64,000 nt of DNA. Source: Haliotis cracherodii. Lineage: Eukaryota. The stretch spans positions 1,860,001-1,924,000 of the forward strand of contig NW_027266285.1 of NCBI RefSeq assembly GCF_022045235.1, given 5' to 3'. Numbering within the stretch: position 1 is the first letter of the stretch; every line of letters starts with the position of its first letter. Below are positions 37,162-51,600 of this stretch, one piece after another. The notes under the pieces are model-generated. The model was not told the origin of the DNA. It searched no databases and was given only the letters and a program-made list of their open reading frames with translations. A program made the translations under genes and the position numbers.

Positions 37162-38052
37162 CGAGGGGTGGCTGAAAAGTTCTGAGCTTAACTTTGATGT
37201 ACTGCGTTGATGGAGTTGGTTGATAATTGGTTTTCAATATAACATCCTCTCCGAGGTCCATACCCTTCTGCCAACGATGCTGATTGCCTTGTGTAGAAGG
37301 ATTCCTCCGGGTGGTGTACAAGGACACTCACTGCGCTGAAATGACGCCATCAACATTGGAAAGATGTAGAATTCTGACGGTGCAAGATCTGGCGAATCAA
37401 GAGGTTGTTCAATGAATCATTTTCATGCATTGCGCCTATGGCGGCAACAGACTTAGGTGCATGTGCATTGAGTTTTGTACGACTTTTAACCTTGGTATTC
37501 TCATGCAGTCGCCTGAGCAGGTTAGCATACTATTGGTCATTAATAGTTTGACCTTTCGTAAGGTGGTTCACCAGTACGATTCCTTTGGGATCCTAGAAAA
37601 CATAATCAGCTGATCTGCACCAAACTGACGTATTTTCTCAGGAGACATGAAGAACCTCGAGCATTTCTGAAGTGGAGTCAGAAGCCTTGGTACCCGGTCT
37701 GCTGAAACACTTGTCATGCTGAGTTCATTCCTCATCCCTATTGTATTGGCTGTGTGACTTCGTCGGTCATCCATAACCACGCCATGTTTTCGTCAATACT
37801 TTCATTGGTGGTGGAAGCCGAACGTCTTCCTGATGTCTCCCCCTCTTGAACTCCACCACCCACCTTAACTATGGCAAAAGAAGAAGCATCATTCCCTCAA
37901 GCCGACACCATGTCCGCATGAATGGCTGGCTGCGTATTTGGTTCAAATGCATCCTGTGAGCATGGAAAGTATTGTGCATAACACATGCAAACTGTTAAAG
38001 GTGTACTATACATCCTTCGTCATTAGGCCCAGAACCTTTCAGCCATCCCTCG
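37162..38052 (-). mobile_element. Internally deleted mariner (Tc1/mariner) DNA transposon
   Basis: TIRs cgaggggtggctgaaaagttctgagc / gcccagaacctttcagccatccctcg; TA on both sides (37160-37161, 38053-38054); transposase remnants MTSVSADRVPRLLTPLQK (WVPRLL motif) and QHRWQKGMDLGED. Confidence 0.92.
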
Positions 38053-39741
38053 TACATATTTGTGAAATATAAGGGAAGTTAACCCCAATATATGACATCC
38101 CCCGACTTGTAATTATTACCTTGATAACGTGGGACTCCGTATTAACCGTACTTACTTTTATATCAGCATTCTGATATTACATCTGAAAGTACCAACCCCA
38201 GAATTAAAATACACAACATCTTAAACCATCAGTGGTCAGAACAAGTACTATGGTCTCAAATAACATTTTGGGAATCTATTCTGGAAACTTACGTTATATC
38301 TTTTCACGTATCCAAAGGGATACACCAAATTGTCTAATTCTACAAGGTGACATATGCCGTTGCTCTGGCTGGTGTTGCTTGTTCTTGTGTGGCTGCAGTC
38401 AGTTTGAAGGATGAACTAATATATTTTAAAATCACCAAAGTAATTATCATCATAGAATTTCAAAAGGGACATATGGATGAGAGTGTATCAATAACACATA
38501 GACTACGTTTCTGAACAGCGTCGTGAATACATTTGTACTTCTCACTAACCGTTCCTTTTACCTTCTTTTTTAAGAGCAATAGATGTTGAAGTAAACATGT
38601 TATCCGCTTTAACATGCTCTCTCAGCCTATGACATTCGCATCAAATATCCCCATGCAATCAGAAAGAGAACATGTGTATATTTGTGGTTTAACCTGCTGT
38701 TTAGTTTTGCTGGAATCGCAGTTATTTTTCAAAATAGGTATTTCATTGCAAACGGATTTTTAGTAAACTTGTTAGATGTACGGTGTTGTCCTCATAAACA
38801 CATTAATTGCGTTTACGTTACATTTAATAATGTCTGTCTATGTCTTAGGGTTAATCCTGAAGTTGGGATTAATGTTTATTTATCATATTTATGATAGTTA
38901 TACTGACGTTGTTTTATTCGGGCCAGATGAAACTGATGTTGACCTGGGCGTTTGCCATTTCGCAATGACCATGCATGTCTTCCAGTTTTATTTATATTTA
39001 CAAAATCATTTCACGTCACTCACTTATCAATCCTTTTAGTTTGTGCACTAAGTTAAAAAGACATGAATGAGTTTTGGGGCGTTTACCAGTTTTTATCAAA
39101 CCTGCATGATGCTGCCAAATAGGGAAACCACAATCATATGTTTCTGGCACTGCGAATTGCGGCGCCTCAGACGACTGGGCCCATTAATGCAAACGATATG
39201 TACATGCAAGTCAATTTGTTACATCAATTGGTGGTTGGCTTTGATTGAATATTTAATGACAGTTATACAGGTAAGTGTGAATAATCGACTTCAGGAAAGT
39301 CTATATATCATCTAACTTACCCTGTATTCTGTCATAGATTTACGATGGTACCTTTTCGAAGAGAGGCCTTGGAAGGAATACAGTTCCAAGAATGACAATG
39401 GCACAGAGTGTCACTCCTTCAAAGTATTGCAATCCTTTGCCACAGGTGCATGACGTTACATCTTCCTTGTAGACATTACTGAAGCAAATTAATTAAATAA
39501 CAGACGAAGATATCTGTCATTAAATATGCAACCATATAGAATCACTAATTGATGCAAATGAATTACTTATATTATATTATTGACAGCAACTGCCCAGCAT
39601 GTTTCTACCTCAATAGCCGTACCTATGCATTTTTCAAACAGGTCGTTTCCTCATGCATTGTCACGTCATATTGATGGTACATTGACGATGGTGTATTAGC
39701 ATCCCATTGTCTTACTTGGCTATTACATCGATGGTTTCAAA

Positions 39742-39957
39742 AATATTTAACACCACAGCCAGCATAGTTCCAGATTTATTGCAGTTGCCTGTAAATAATC
39801 AAGTTTGGGCAAGGCAAACTATTGAAAGAGAGCACGAGTATCAATTCACACCATCGATGACACGCAATCAGTTGCCAACCCTGCGATCCTCTTTTCTTAG
39901 ATCCTTTGATCGTCTAAACCTAGTCCAACTAATCCACTATCACCCAGGACCTCACCT
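39742..39957 (-). mobile_element. Short retroposon family A, old degenerate copy
   Basis: Minus strand cccaaacttgattatttacaggcaactgcaataaatctggaactatgctggctgtggtgttaaa aligns to the family A tail. Confidence 0.55.
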
Positions 39958-41498
39958 GTGCTCTAAACTTAATACCCTTTCATAAAATGTGTATTAGTAT
40001 GAAATATGAAAAAGATTGCTTAGTAACCAACCTTAGATGAATAACTCGAAATAGATCACAAATATCAAATTTCAACAAACAGTTCTGTGACATTATACAC
40101 GCACATGAAGAATCGCTTTTATGTTAAGTTCAATATCAACAAATACCATACGTGTATGCAATTTCTTTTCGTTGGTGAGGTTTGCAACGTGATCTATGGA
40201 ATGCTCAGTACGAAAAGGTTGTTCTTTTGAAAACTTAAATAAATTATTATTATACGTTTGATATTTGAACAATTACCTTGGATGTTCATCAAATCCTTGA
40301 ATTTCTTATTTCTCCCGCTGCAAAGAACTACACTATTGTTAATATGGAGTTGAGCAATAATCACTAACTCACTCACTCATTCACTCTTAACCACACAATT
40401 CGACATAGTGATAGTCTTTATAATTGAACATAAACAGTGAAGACTGCGGGAATAAAGATTACATTTGGATCAGGGTAACAACTGCATGATATAACAGTAG
40501 TTATCTCACTATTTATCCGTAAGTTATTATTGATCTGCTGAAATTGCGTTGGATAGTCATAACATAGTCATAATATATTTCTTTCATGAGGTATACATCC
40601 ATTTTACTACTGTACCGAGGACATTTATCAAACATAAAAGAAAATTAAACTCACAAGTTCTCTTTTGTGTCCAGGGCAACTTTCAAATGCAATTACACAA
40701 CACGCAAATGTACCAATTCTCTCATTTATTTTGTGGAAATGTTGTGTTTTTGTTAGGAATTCCAACACAAAGGAAATGAATGTCTGTCTGATAAAACATA
40801 TCACTTCATTCGATCACAGTGGCACTGGTAAATAGCCTCGTTTCTGTTCCCGAAGAATAGAAAGTATATCCTGGTCAGGTTCATAAGATATTTATTAGAT
40901 TTATCATTACCTGATGGAGAAAAAAAGTTTGAAAAGTCAATTTGATCATGAAATTTATACATCGTTTCGTATACTTCTATGCAGATATTGTCATTGGGAA
41001 TGAAATATGTATTATTTTATAGCAGATAAGCACCCAGTGGTTAAAATGATGCACTTGTATTTTCTTTTCACGTAGATGAAATACACTCTTTTCTGGAATT
41101 CTCATAGGAACATACTTAAGATTTCTGGCGTAATTTCAGATTTATTTGATGGCTCCTTGTGTTTGCTCTTTTTGATGAATTTAAGGAGCAGAACCTCAAT
41201 TACATGCATTATTATTTTTTCATCAACATTTGAGTTCATTACATTGTATTACATTTAACATAATTATGTTATTGATGTCGTTTTACCAATGTATATCTTT
41301 ATTTGTGCGATGAATCACTAATCCAAGAAAAAAGCCAACTGCTAATCATCAACATTTACTGGGTTAGATTAGATCTCAAGATTGCTGATTCGTTTGACCG
41401 CATGTCATCTCACATGGAGCGATTGACCACTTCTTCCTTTCTCCAGGGGGCATGTGATCTCATAGAGTTCAATAAGGGTCAAACAGCCAATTATCTTT

Positions 41499-41599
41499 TT
41501 GTACAAAGCGATCTTAGCGCTAAGGTGATCGTAACTCCCATACCTTAACATAGACTTACGACAGTTGTAGTGCTAAGGTTGTCTTGTACAACGGCTCCC
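41499..41599. mobile_element. ~100-bp palindromic MITE
   Basis: ttgtacaaagcgatcttagcgctaaggtgatcgtaa is an imperfect inverted match to ttacgacagttgtagtgctaaggttgtcttgtacaa. Confidence 0.6.
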
Positions 41600-41629
41600 T
41601 GGACTAGAAATACAGGAAACCGGTGACAT

Positions 41630-41896
41630 CGCCTCATCTGTTTCAAACTTGGATCTGTGCATAAAGATTAGGAGTCTACATAAGAGGCATGTCGTCTACT
41701 TTCCAATGGTCAACTTCCTATTTATGCTGAGCAATATTCCAGCGGATCCAGCCTTTGAGGTACAATCGAGCATGACTTTCTACGAAGAGTGCAAAGAGGT
41801 CCATATGACTCTTGCTCAAATCCATCAAGGCCTCAGTAAGGCCTTCAGGGAGTTTTGTGGTAGACATGTAGATGGTAATTTGACGCATAAGGTTGA
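41630..41896 (+). mobile_element. Penelope-like RT C-terminal remnant
   Basis: LDL..LHKR..YFPMVNFLFMLSNIPADPAF...LSKAFREFCGRH matches the PLE motif YDKRDDFNFPIVNFPFLxSNIPxxPAY...FYGRH; runs into the gap. Confidence 0.7.
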
Positions 41897-42051
41897 NNNN
41901 NNNNNNNNNNNNNNNNNNNNNNNNNNNNNNNNNNNNNNNNNNNNNNNNNNNNNNNNNNNNNNNNNNNNNNNNNNNNNNNNNNNNNNNNNNNNNNNNNNNN
42001 NNNNNNNNNNNNNNNNNNNNNNNNNNNNNNNNNNNNNNNNNNNNNNNNNNN
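41897..42051. other. Assembly gap (N run)
   Basis: Run of N. Confidence 1.
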
Positions 42052-42215
42052 TGCCGGTGCTAGCCCACTGAGATATCATGGCGCAGTTTTAACATGAATA
42101 CCCCCACTCACAGTATACTACTTCCGAGCCGACCAGTCCTTGTTTTATTCAGTTAATGCCGAGAGCTAGCCAATGTGACAACAAGTACCATCTTTGAACA
42201 TCCTTTGGTATGACG
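42052..42215 (-). mobile_element. SINE family C fragment
   Basis: gtgctagcccactgagata...ccgagccgaccagtccttgtt...ttaatgccgag is the reverse complement of the 28800-28920 core. Confidence 0.8.
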
Positions 42216-45200
42216 TATTTTCCAATAGACCATATTTAACATGATTGACATGTACCTAACAATGTCAGTGCCAATATTGCTTTGTCAAACGAGGCCATGA
42301 CTATTACAAAACAGTTGTTCCGTTTCAGCTACTGGATGGAATAGAAGTACATTTAGTCCAACGCCTTGTCGCATCGGCGCATGTGTGTTCAGTTATTCAC
42401 TGATTGCTATTTGTCAGTCAATATCGCGTCATACGGTGCTTGTACTATACACGGTCATTGTCATTGTGTAGAACAGCAGGGTGGTCCTTTTACTTCCGGT
42501 CAGTTGCGTGTTAGAATAATGTAAATCTAGTAGGTATGGAACAGCGGAAGATTCCGGTGAGATGCCTGTGACTCTGTAGCTATTGCTCCCACTGTCTGGG
42601 ATATTGTTACGAAATAGAGGTCACTAAAATGTAGGAGCATAGGTTTCACTTTGGGGGTAACAATTAGCACACACAAGAACATTACTCATAAATGGAAAGA
42701 TATGGAGTCAATAATTCTAGAATTCAATGAAAAAAGACACCTTAGATAAAACTAAACATATGGTCAAATGTAGAAAACTCAATATTATCATCACACTAAG
42801 GCGTTTGACCGTGGATCAAGAAAAAATCTCAATCAAGTGTTAATTATATTTGCGCCGAGTGGGCAAACCCCACTCAGCAATAATCACAAATTGTTCTTAT
42901 GCTTGTTTCAATATTGAATTATAGCAGTAAAGTTCAATACCTTGCGACCATATGTTTTCACGCACGCACGCACATGCATGCACACGCATGCACACGCACG
43001 CACGAACACAAGCACACACACAAACAATCACGTTTTGAGAACAAAATTCTGTACAGCAACTTACAAAAAATGGCCTTAATGTACATGTCTTATCTTCATT
43101 ATGCCTCGTTCATGGCTACATTTTAATCGTATCTGAATTATTGAAATCATTTTAATTCTCGGAACAATATATAACAATTCCGACAAAACGTTACATACCA
43201 CCAAAATTCGTAACAGGATACAGTTAACCATAGATATTATATAACCGTCACATACTAATATAAATGTAAATTTGTTACATGTTCAGTAGCAACCATTTCT
43301 GTTTGGCTCGGTTTAAAATCGGGAATATCTAAGTGATAGTTTAGATTATACCCATTAAATGTCATCATTTGCATCTTCATAATCATAATTATGCTATCAC
43401 ATCTGACAGATGAAGAGTTATCATAAGTGCCCATTTTTGTCCACTGGAAATGTCAAATAATGGAAATCTTTAAAAAAAATGTTAATTAACATATATGCTC
43501 GAATGGTCAACTGAACTTTTGCCTTCATACACAAGATTTGGACTTCTGACATGATGACATAGTATGGGTAATATGAGTAAAAAGGCCTATTTGTCGAACT
43601 TGAAGAGTAAATCCATTCCCCAAAATGAATTTCTAAATATCTGCTTGCGTTGTTTTTATCCACGCAAAAAAGTCATTAGAAAATCAGCTTGGGTCAAATA
43701 CATGCTCATGTTCAAATCTTAGTGAAAGGTTCTTCAAAACTCTAACATCATGAAATAAAACTCAAAATTTGTCTGATCTATTCATAATGTGTTGATAACT
43801 TCCAAACACACATGTTTTGAAATGAACCAAATTTATTCCTCATTCATTCACATCTGATACATGTGTAGGTTTCACAAAGTAGGTTTCACAAACTGTTTTC
43901 CTCAGTTTTCCTGTTTTACTTATGCCGATCCTAGACAACAAAATGTCTCCTCGAAACTGTGAGCGTACTATGTTTCATGCATGGTTGTTAGAGTGTGTGG
44001 GACACGTGTAACCCAACCAATTATCAGCTGTATTTCATGTTCTGCTTAAACGTACTTAATATGTAGAACCAGATATGAAATGCACTTGGCATTTGAACTT
44101 CTCAAGACATCCACTTAGGATGTTTAGAAAAAAGGAGTTTGCTATAATTCATAACTTGTTGTAGGGACTCTAATGTATTTTCAAGCCCCAATGATGGATG
44201 AAAACAGAGATTTACCCCGATCCCCTTGAAAAACATGGACATGTATGTAGATCGCTGTCATGTCGTTTTTTGAGCATGCGAAAAGTTTGTTTGGGGCAAA
44301 AAGTATTGTTGTCTGCCAATCTTAACTATTCAGCCTCGTGGACGCCAGAACATTGGGAAACTGAATGCAATATATATCTAGCTAGATCTTTAGATTACAT
44401 CTATATACAAAAATCTAACTGTAGCCTGGCTTGCTTTTAATCAATAACATCATAATATTTATTATTTTAAGAAGTCATGTCGTTTCTTGCGAAGCTTTCC
44501 CCTTTAATAGTATATGTCGCTTGTCGTCAAGAAAACACGACAAAACATATTACGAAACATAAATAAGATAAACAGTTTACCTACCAACTAACAATAAATA
44601 CTGCCATGAAACCTAAAGGACCAGTTATGCTTGTTGAAATTCAGTTATCTTTACAGACAGCAATGTTCCAGGATGTCAATTGTGACAGAGCTCTTTATAT
44701 GGTTTCTCTTAAAAATATTGTCACTCACTTTTACTTATGCCGGTTTGCAGTTTTTCGTCAACAGTTATTTTCATACATGTGATGTAATTAAGATTTATAT
44801 TACAAGATCAGCAGGTTTTGAAATATTACAAAATAATATGTACGTAAGTACAAACTACCTATACATAATGTAACATTATAGCATGCTGTATAAACCGTTT
44901 TCCAGTGGAACATTTATACGTGTCTCTTCCTTTAGGATCAGCTTAACAAGCATAGGTCGTGAATGATATTATTTAAAAGTAGTTTATAGTAGAGACATGA
45001 AATAATTAAACCATTGTAAAATTGAAGAATGAAAATGCTTCAAACTAGTTATCATAACATGGACAAATCAACCTTACCTGGACCTGAAATTGTTGAAAAT
45101 ATTCCGTCCATAATGTAATCAAAACACTTACGCACATTGTCTCGATGCTGCCGATACCCATTCATTGTACGTGGCATAACATTGTCTTTTGCCTAACCGA

Positions 45201-47469
45201 ATCATTGCTTCTTCTCAACATTTCTCTTATGTTAATAAAGGAACAGTAAACTGTGGGTATAGGAAAATGTAAAATATTTGGTGTCATTTTCCCAAATGTC
45301 ATAGCAATAAAAATATAATAAATCACTCGTAAATAGCGAGATGCTATTTGTTGAAATGTCTAAACATGACACCTGTTCTTGTTTTTAAGTCATGACCTCA
45401 TCAGTTGAAACTATTGTTCATATCGATCCATAAGCTGAGGTTTAGTCAGAATCAATTAAACCTTATGGAACATAATTTTTATGGTGCTGCACATATTTAA
45501 CAGAAAAGATAGTCAGACAGGCATATTCACTTCACAGGTCTCGTGGCCCACGGTACATTTAGATAATGTTTATCATATCATTTGTGGACAATTTACAATA
45601 ATTCTATACCGATAAATGTCTTACAAGAAGATAGAAATTCTTTTAAAGATAGGTCTATCACTACATTTTACATGGTGGGTCAAATTTGTTTGGAGGTGGT
45701 AATACGTAGGATTATACTGTCTACTTTATGTAAAGTACTGACATACTAATAGAAAGCGCTATTCGTCGTTATGTTTTAAAAGATACATAATAAACAATAT
45801 AGAGCAACTCATTGAGAAACTAGTTAACGTTAGTGGAGTAGATACATAGCACAAAATAGGACACAACTATGTAGTATTGAACGATATAGATTTGGCTCTC
45901 ACTCACAATAAACCTCAAATCGGAACCGTACCGGCTACTACTGAATCTTCCACTTCCAACGACTTCAAATCCCACAGTCGACGTCAACAGAAATGTCACT
46001 TTTATACACAAATATATTTATTTTGTCCATTGTGAGTACATACGTTGGGCACATGGCATTTCCTTTGGGCATTCGTGAATGATTATATTGTAACAGCAAA
46101 AACAGTAATGAACGGTTGAAAACGATTTCTGATAAGAAAAACAATGTTTTTCTTAAAATCAGAAGCATGACAGTTGAAAAAGATAAATAGGATAATCTTC
46201 AATCCACAAGCTTTGTCATGTTAATGGACTTTTGGAAATACAACTTCTTTCAATTTATTTTGTATTTTTTTAGGTTTGATCTGTAAAAACATACGTCTAT
46301 GAAGGAATGGATAACTTCTTATGTGTAGTTGTCACCCCAGTGTATTTCTATTGTAATTGAATTGGCCATATCTTTACGACACCTGTGTGATGTGTCTACA
46401 AATACATAAATCAGAAACATGCGAGGGCGGTTTCGGACGCGTGTAGAACATTCCCCGACACATGATCAGGATGTACACCAGCCACGTGTGATAAGAAGTG
46501 AAATGCAAACTTAAACAATTCATATTCTATTTCATCGAAAACAACATTTTGAAAACTTAATTTCACATGAATTTGACTTCAAGCATAATTACTGAATTAC
46601 TTTTAAATACACCATGGATTTAATTACATAGTGTGAGGATCAATCAATATTGTCAGTTAACCATATTTTTAAACAGCGTTTTTCCAGCAATACAGAATCG
46701 ATTTAAGCAGCAGCTCTTCACACCAGGGCGTATAGATACGGTCGTTTCATTTTTCTATTTTGCAAGCATTTAATTTCAGTTAAAGATAGCCAGCTTCATA
46801 ATTCAAAAGCTGCAGAGAAAAGTGTCCAATCTTGAAAACAAACATAACGCAAGACATCTACAAGTTTTTCATACATCAAGCATGGGTTACGCGATCAAAG
46901 TGTAACATTCAGGAATAAAAATATATTTTGGGAAATGTGAGACAAGTCCTGGCCCCATGCACGACTCTTTTAATCTAAACCCCGACTTTGATGGATACGA
47001 TTTTACATATTCCCTGCAAAGTAGAAGATGTAGAAAGTTGGACCTGATGTTATGTGCCATGACCTTTTTTTCATAATGCATGTTTATTTGAGTTAGTAGT
47101 GCCTTAACTCAAGCTATGCTTAAAAATAAATGCAAAAGACACATGTGGATCCGATTGTGGCAAGTCTAGATAAGCTCTTAGGCATCCTCTAACACCGGCC
47201 TTGTGCTAACATGACAGCATCGCAATTCTATTCCCTATGTTCCCTATGAATCCTAGATTGGCCCTGATTATGTTTCTGTGTTTGCAATCGGCATTCCCGT
47301 GCACGTGGATTTCACCAAAATGGTAAAAGTCTAGATTATCCGCCGAAAAAGATTCCGCTGAGCGTAGGAGGGAAACATCGCGCGAAACTCATATGAATGG
47401 ATCACTAAAAAATCTGATGACACCAGATGTTCGAACTTTCCTCTCATTTTTTGCCATCACATCGATGTT

Positions 47470-47546
47470 AAACTAAACTAACTAACTAAGCACTCACTCA
47501 CTCACTCACTCACTCACTCACTCACTCACTCACTCACTCACTCACT
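47470..47546. repeat. (ACTA)n(ACTC)n microsatellite, probably a SINE tail
   Basis: Direct reading; preceded by gttaaac, as in the SINE tails. Confidence 0.9.
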
Positions 47547-48613
47547 TATTTTAATTCATTTCTTAAAATAGGAAACGAGTTGAACTGTCTGTTTCATATA
47601 CAACGCCACGCAGAGAGGCATCGATGTTGTCACAACATTTGAACATCAGCGGATAACACGAAATTCCATTCTTAATAATGAAATAGCTATGTTTCGGGAA
47701 TGGTTGTAGAAATTGTATTGCATTGTTACGTGTTTTACTGATGTAAACACGATGCTGATAAAGCAATCATGCGATAAATTAATGGTGTTTTTTTTAAATA
47801 ATTATATATGGATTTGTGTCTTAGTAACTATCGTCAATGATAGATTAGAGTTAAAATTTAGAAATATATGTGATAACACATTGACAATGACATAACACAG
47901 ATATTTTTTTGTATTCTGTGTATAATCTCAACGGAAGATTTTTGTTATGTTGTTTACGAATGCCGATAAACGATACTAATACTTTTTTATTCTTATGTGC
48001 CTCAAAGCAAACGATAATGTTACTAATGAGAAAAACACGTATATGTACATGCACATGTTGCTTTGACGGTAAATGGCATCAGTGTAAAGCAATACAATCG
48101 AGATGTGTTTATCGTATTGGGTTTACAATGCTTAGCAACTCTTCTGATATGTTTTGTTGAGCGTTCAACCGTCTTTGAAAAGGATAAAAATGTGTCAGCT
48201 ACAATGTTGATGACAGCATAGAAAAAGTGCAATTGTGTGCTCGTCGTCATATGAACAAGGATATATACAGCAGGTAGGTGTCAGGGTTGCTGAGCCTGTT
48301 AGACGTGTTACAATGCCTACGGCATTCAGTGTCACAATATGCTATCAAGCTTATTTATGCATTTAATTACTTTTATTATTTCAGACTGTGTGCTTATCAA
48401 TTGAAATATGTCATGTTTGTTTCAGATTGCAGATGTCATTCTTGATTGTGAGACGTGGTTTTAACACGTGCTCATTATATAGTCGGAATCGTACAATCGA
48501 CTCTTCTTTTAGCAGAGATTTATATTGCATATGGAAAGGGTTTTGTCGCTTATATTTTTCACAAATCTACAGATAACAAACACCAGGTTTGTTATATCAA
48601 ATTTCTTAATAAA

Positions 48614-48673
48614 GTGAGTGAGTGAGTATGGTTTTTCGCCGCTTTTAGCCATATTCCAGCAATATCACGGCGG
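48614..48673 (-). mobile_element. Severely 5'-truncated SINE (shared 3' tail only) with TSD
   Basis: ccgccgtgatattgctggaatatggctaaaagcggcgaaaaaccatactcactcactcac; TSD tcttaataaagtgag / tcttaatacagagag. Confidence 0.8.
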
Positions 48674-51600
48674 TCTTAATACAGAGAGAAAGTACAAAGT
48701 AAATAGACGTGTGGTGAACATAACAAAATACATTAAATTTATGAAAGATTGATTCCATATTATTTAAATATGTTTGAGACAAGGTTCGTATATATCAAAT
48801 TTTAAATATTACAATTACTGCATGTAAAACGTTTTTATCTTGTTCTCTGCATGTTTGAAGTATTTTATGAGACTCGTGTGCAATATCATTTCTCGATCTA
48901 TGTAATGCATTTGTAACAGAATGATTCAAGGAATATTGAATAACATGTAACAATTTGAGAATTCACAATTACAAGGAAATGTATCGATGAAAGACTATTT
49001 GGGTACTGTATTTTACGAGAACTGCCCGGAAATTATATTGGACATATATGTAAGGACCGGTTAGATTGCTTGCATTGTTAAAGTTTTCTCACCCTAGGGC
49101 AGGACGTAAAACGTATAATACTACCACAATGTTTTTCCAACTCACATTATGTCACTAGGGACATTATTTTAATACTTGCTTAACATGCAACACCGGTAAC
49201 GATACAATAGAATATTATTACACTGAATTTATTGAAAAGCTGCGGCGGTCCTTTCTCTTTGTCAAATGCAGCACGCAATATCTCTGTTACTTTTGTCAAC
49301 TTGTTTAGATGAAGCCAAAGCAGGATATAAGCCATAGTCAATTTGAAACCATTCACATTCCTAGGCAGTTAAAACGTAGTTTTGTGCTGTCAGAATGCAA
49401 ATGGTATTGAGTGTGCTGAATTTCCAATTGCAAAAAGACCACGCGATATTTAGAAAATTACTTTGATGAGCTAAGTAAAATAAAAACGTTGCTAAAGCTA
49501 TATCATAGACTGGCGCGTAACCAAGCAGTAAGTTCGCAAATCGCTCTTAATTGCATTGCTTGCAATACTGCTCACATTCCATAAAGCGTTCCAGCATCCA
49601 CAGTCTGTTAGATACATATTCTGACATTCCCACATCGAGGCAGGAATCCAGCTATGTCATTATTCACGATATGTGCAAGCTTTCACGCTCATGGTATATT
49701 GAGCGAGCGAAAAAATAAGCAGTCGTCACCTTCTAGGCATTTTGTCATGGTCGTAATGGCGTTTTAACAATTCTACTTCATTGGGTGTAATTAAATATTT
49801 CTTTTCTACACGCGTGTGCATCATTTTTGTCACGTAAAATATGTGGACCTTAGGCTTTCCTTTTGCAAGGCCAAGGAGATTGGAGAAACACATGTTTAAT
49901 CATGTCTACGTCAAGTTGTATTTTGATCAGGAAGCGGATACACATGTGCTTGGTTTGCTATTGATCATTTCTGTTTTGTAGTTGAACGTTAAACCCAAGA
50001 ATATAATGTAATTTATATCAAAACGATAACTAAACATATTAAATTATAATATAACATAGCATCTACATATTATGTTACATAGATTGTCATACAATTTTCG
50101 TGTTTAAATATTATCTGTCCCAATGAATTATCCATTTGGTTGAATAATGATAAATCAACTAAAACAATAGTCATAATCACGTTATTGCAATATTTTATTC
50201 AAGGTAATTCAATGACGATCTATTTAAGCCATAGACGCATCTTCTTAATGCAGTCTTCTTTGACAACATACATTAATGTGATGGATACACACTACAGAAT
50301 TGTGTTTTTTATTTCAATGCATGTGTGCTGGGCACGTTTTCACGACTTGACCGAAGAACAGCAGCCATGCATTACTCTCTGAAAGCCACTATTTCTCGTA
50401 GCTGCGACTTTGTCAACAGTGCTTTTATCACAGGATTGCGAAACAATTATGATAAGGTACGTGTTGTTGGTTCACTACCATGATCCTATCTAATGCATCA
50501 GGGTTACCTTTGCTGTATTGATATAATTCTACAATCATATTTGAAACGAAATTTTGACGTGGAACTGGGACGATTCATGACCCATGACCAAGTAGTAATG
50601 TAACTGAAACGATAAACGACCTTTCTGGTAATGAAGTCAATTTTGACCAAGCCAGGGAAAATCTGATACCTTTTGAGGATAGTGATATACACTATTCTCA
50701 TATTAAACATGTACATAACGTTTGCAGTGACGTACAGGTTTTCCTTCGTCGTGTAAAGCCCATACTTTGTGTCCTGCGTCATAGCCAATGAAACATAAAG
50801 CGGAATTAATCGTCATAATTTCAATCAAACATAGACTTCTATGTGAATTTTTGAAAACATTCATATGTTATTTGTTACATGACACGCTTTATTCAAATGT
50901 TTTATTTGTTTTAGTTTACAGAAGAGGTGTTTGTTAATGAAAAATAAATCATAAAGTTTTTGGATAGATGCTTAAAACATTATGAATAGAATATGTATTT
51001 AGTTTTCATGATCGACTACATAAAAGAACGAAGTTGATACAAGGATAGCCACACAACCTTGTGTGTCCAAAATGTAACATTGCTATATTGTTGTACAACG
51101 CCTGCATATTTTATTACATGACATGATTTACAAATACTTTAAATACATTATTAAGGACATGTTTTGCAAAAAGCACACAGACTGCATACATAAAACCAAG
51201 CTCTTAACCGAACCTGAAGATTTTCTATTCATAAATATAGAAACATAGGTTCCTACCATTCGTTTTTGTAATTGTACATTGTCTGTGGAAACAACATTTT
51301 TGTATAAGTATGTATCCAGACGCTGATCACGTTACCTTGGTGATGATTCCTGCATTGCTGAAATGATAGAAAGTCGAGATTCTACGCAAGTGGAACGTCC
51401 CCTTCCAGCGATATTTATTATTAAACTGTTTTTGCATGGAAAAACACCGTCCTAAAGAATATATTCTATTTACAATCTGTATACAACATGATGTATTTAA
51501 CCATACAACTGATGCACATCGAAATAGAACAATTAACAACTATCTAACAAATTACTGGAAGTTAATGAAAATGTTAATAACAACTCCTTTCCTACTTTTG

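Noticed and set aside
45070-46010. Possible minus-strand TATA box, short exons and GT donors
   Set aside because: Could not be joined into a coherent reading frame or recognisable protein
50500-51430. Minus-strand open frames ending at AG|GTAAC donors
   Set aside because: No recognisable homology and ambiguous frame
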